In this document: positions 18,405-20,000 of the stretch, piece after piece
Position numbering within the stretch: position 1 is the stretch's first letter
How the letters are laid out: every line of letters starts with the position of its first letter
NCBI RefSeq assembly: GCF_000372725.1
Contig: NW_005201231.1
Location: forward strand, 341,553-361,552
DNA: 20,000 bases
DNA from: Emiliania huxleyi CCMP1516
Lineage: Eukaryota
Direction: 5' to 3'
Notes under the pieces: generated by a model
Told to the model about the DNA's origin: nothing
What the model saw: the letters and a program-made list of their open reading frames with translations, nothing else
Databases searched by the model: none
Program-made: the position numbers and the translations under genes

Positions 18405-20000
18405 TCTAATACCGGTATACTATACTATACGTCAGTAAGTTACTTGTAACTTGATCACGAACACGCGCGCCAAAGACTAGTATGTAGTATACTCCGCCAC
18501 GTCGAAAGTGGAGCGAAAACTCAGCCTTGAGTTCTCAGCGCCCTCACGGCCCGCCAATGGCAAACCCGACTCCCTCCGTGTGGCGCCGCCCGATGGTGTT
18601 GGGAACCCTATTCCGGAGCGATTTCCCCTAGGGTTAGCGCATGGTCATCGTGCGGATGCCTCTTCCTATCTCTGCCACCACCCTCAAAGAACGGCACCCG
18701 CGACAGCCCCCATTACACCCGCGGGCGCGGCTCCCAGATCCGACCCGTCCCGCTAGCATCGCTGACTGAGCCCCGCCGGCCCGCAACTCCCACCGTCCCA
18801 GATCCCCAGCGGGCGGACCGGGGGGGGGGCGGGGGGGCGGGCAGGAGCCCCCCGGTGCCGGACAATGTTGCCCTCTTGAAGGCCCGCGCTTGCTTAGCTA
18901 GGGGGCTTCGGGTTCATCACCTTTGGCGAATAGGTCGAGCACGGCCGCTGCTTGCCGGCTGCGTCCTCGTTCTGGTACGCCCCCTTGTAGAGCGTCCATA
19001 GCAGGAACTGGTTCATGTGGCTCATTACGCCGCAGAAACCGAACGCGCACGAGTACCCGGGGATGCGCATCCAGTACGCTTGCTTGGGCACGTACGTGCG
19101 GTCGTGTGACGAGTAGTGGTCGAAGGAATCGACCGGGTAGGTCGGCTTGTTGCACCAGATGCACACCCCTGGCCAGCAAGGCACCTTGCGAAGGCAGCCC
19201 GGGGCAGGAAGGCAAGCCGGCAGGCATGCAAAGAGCGCGCTCTTTGCGACGCAGCCCCAAGTGTCCCAGGACGGCGGTCCTGCGCGGAACGAGCAGAGGG
19301 GGCCGTGGGTCACCTGGGCCAGAGCGAGAAACGGCATGCGTTCTCTTCTTTTACCGAGGCACAATCCGGCGTTGTAGGCGCGCAAGACCAGCGCCTCCGA
19401 GATGTGGCCGTCGCCGAGCTTGCTCAGGAAGGGGTAGCAGCCCACGGGGCTGGGGCAGAACCAAAGTCCCCACATTGGGCAGAGGAACGGGGCAATCGAC
19501 GCGTAAGAGCCGTCCATCACCCACCTATTAATCACGTGCAAGCGCTGTCGCTCGGGCGTTCGCCCATACTCTCGCACGTCGTCGCTGAATGACGCACCGT
19601 TGCGAGTTGATCTTGCCCGCGGCGGGGAAGTCGCCGATCGCGTCCTTATCGATCATGCACTTGTCAATGTCGCAGGCCGACTCGGGCGTGAAGGCGAGAA
19701 TCGAGTCGAATGTGATGAGCCGCACCTTGGCGTTGTACTTCTTGGCGATTTCGACCGCGGCGATCTGAGCCTGCGCGCCGCCGAGGCTCCACCCCACGAT
19801 CGTGATCTTCTTCTCGTCCCCGTCGGGCGGCGAGCAAACGAAACCCTCATGGTCGAGCGCCTCGGTCACGCCTTTCATCCGGTTGACCTTGTTGTCGCCG
19901 CAATCCGGCACCCCCTTGAACATCTTGTCGTGCGCCTGCATCCGACAAATTCCGCGGGATGAAGGGGGGGGGGGGGGGGGGTGAGGGTGTGTGGGTGATA
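18405..20000 (+). repeat. Segmental/tandem duplication, copy 2; lacks 13329-14069, has a 7-bp insertion (taacttg), runs off the window
   Basis: The junction gggttagcgca|tggtcatcgtg at 18641/18642 fuses positions 13328 and 14070 of copy 1. Confidence 0.97.
18894..20000 (-). CDS. Second copy of the lipase-like gene (3' three exons; the 5' part is beyond the window)
   Basis: ORF translations are identical to those at 14323-15364 (offset 4571). Confidence 0.75.

Overview
Very GC-rich eukaryotic genomic DNA with many short GC-AG introns and intronic minisatellites. This resembles a haptophyte such as Emiliania/Gephyrocapsa huxleyi, which is an inference from style only. In order, the window holds: (1) a truncated CRE-like non-LTR reverse transcriptase, then a palindromic motif cluster, a small Cys-rich ORF and two back-to-back gene fragments (1-3100); (2) a giant minus-strand extensin-like Pro/Ser-rich surface protein (3315-~9400) with a PAN/apple-like N-terminal Cys module, a globular domain, an acidic Ser-Gly-Asp cluster, two copies of a 6-Cys module and a cupredoxin domain with an altered ligand; (3) an 8-exon plus-strand hypothetical gene (10812-12872) whose modelled introns have no GT donor, are mostly flanked by copies of exon sequence, and in two cases contain internal AG|GC sites that regenerate the donor; (4) a recent ~5.3 kb head-to-tail duplication (from 13099 and 18405) carrying a hairpin-dense non-coding tract, partly absent from copy 2, and a divergent Cys-rich class-3-lipase-like gene. 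All exon structures were deduced by eye from frame continuity and need transcript confirmation.
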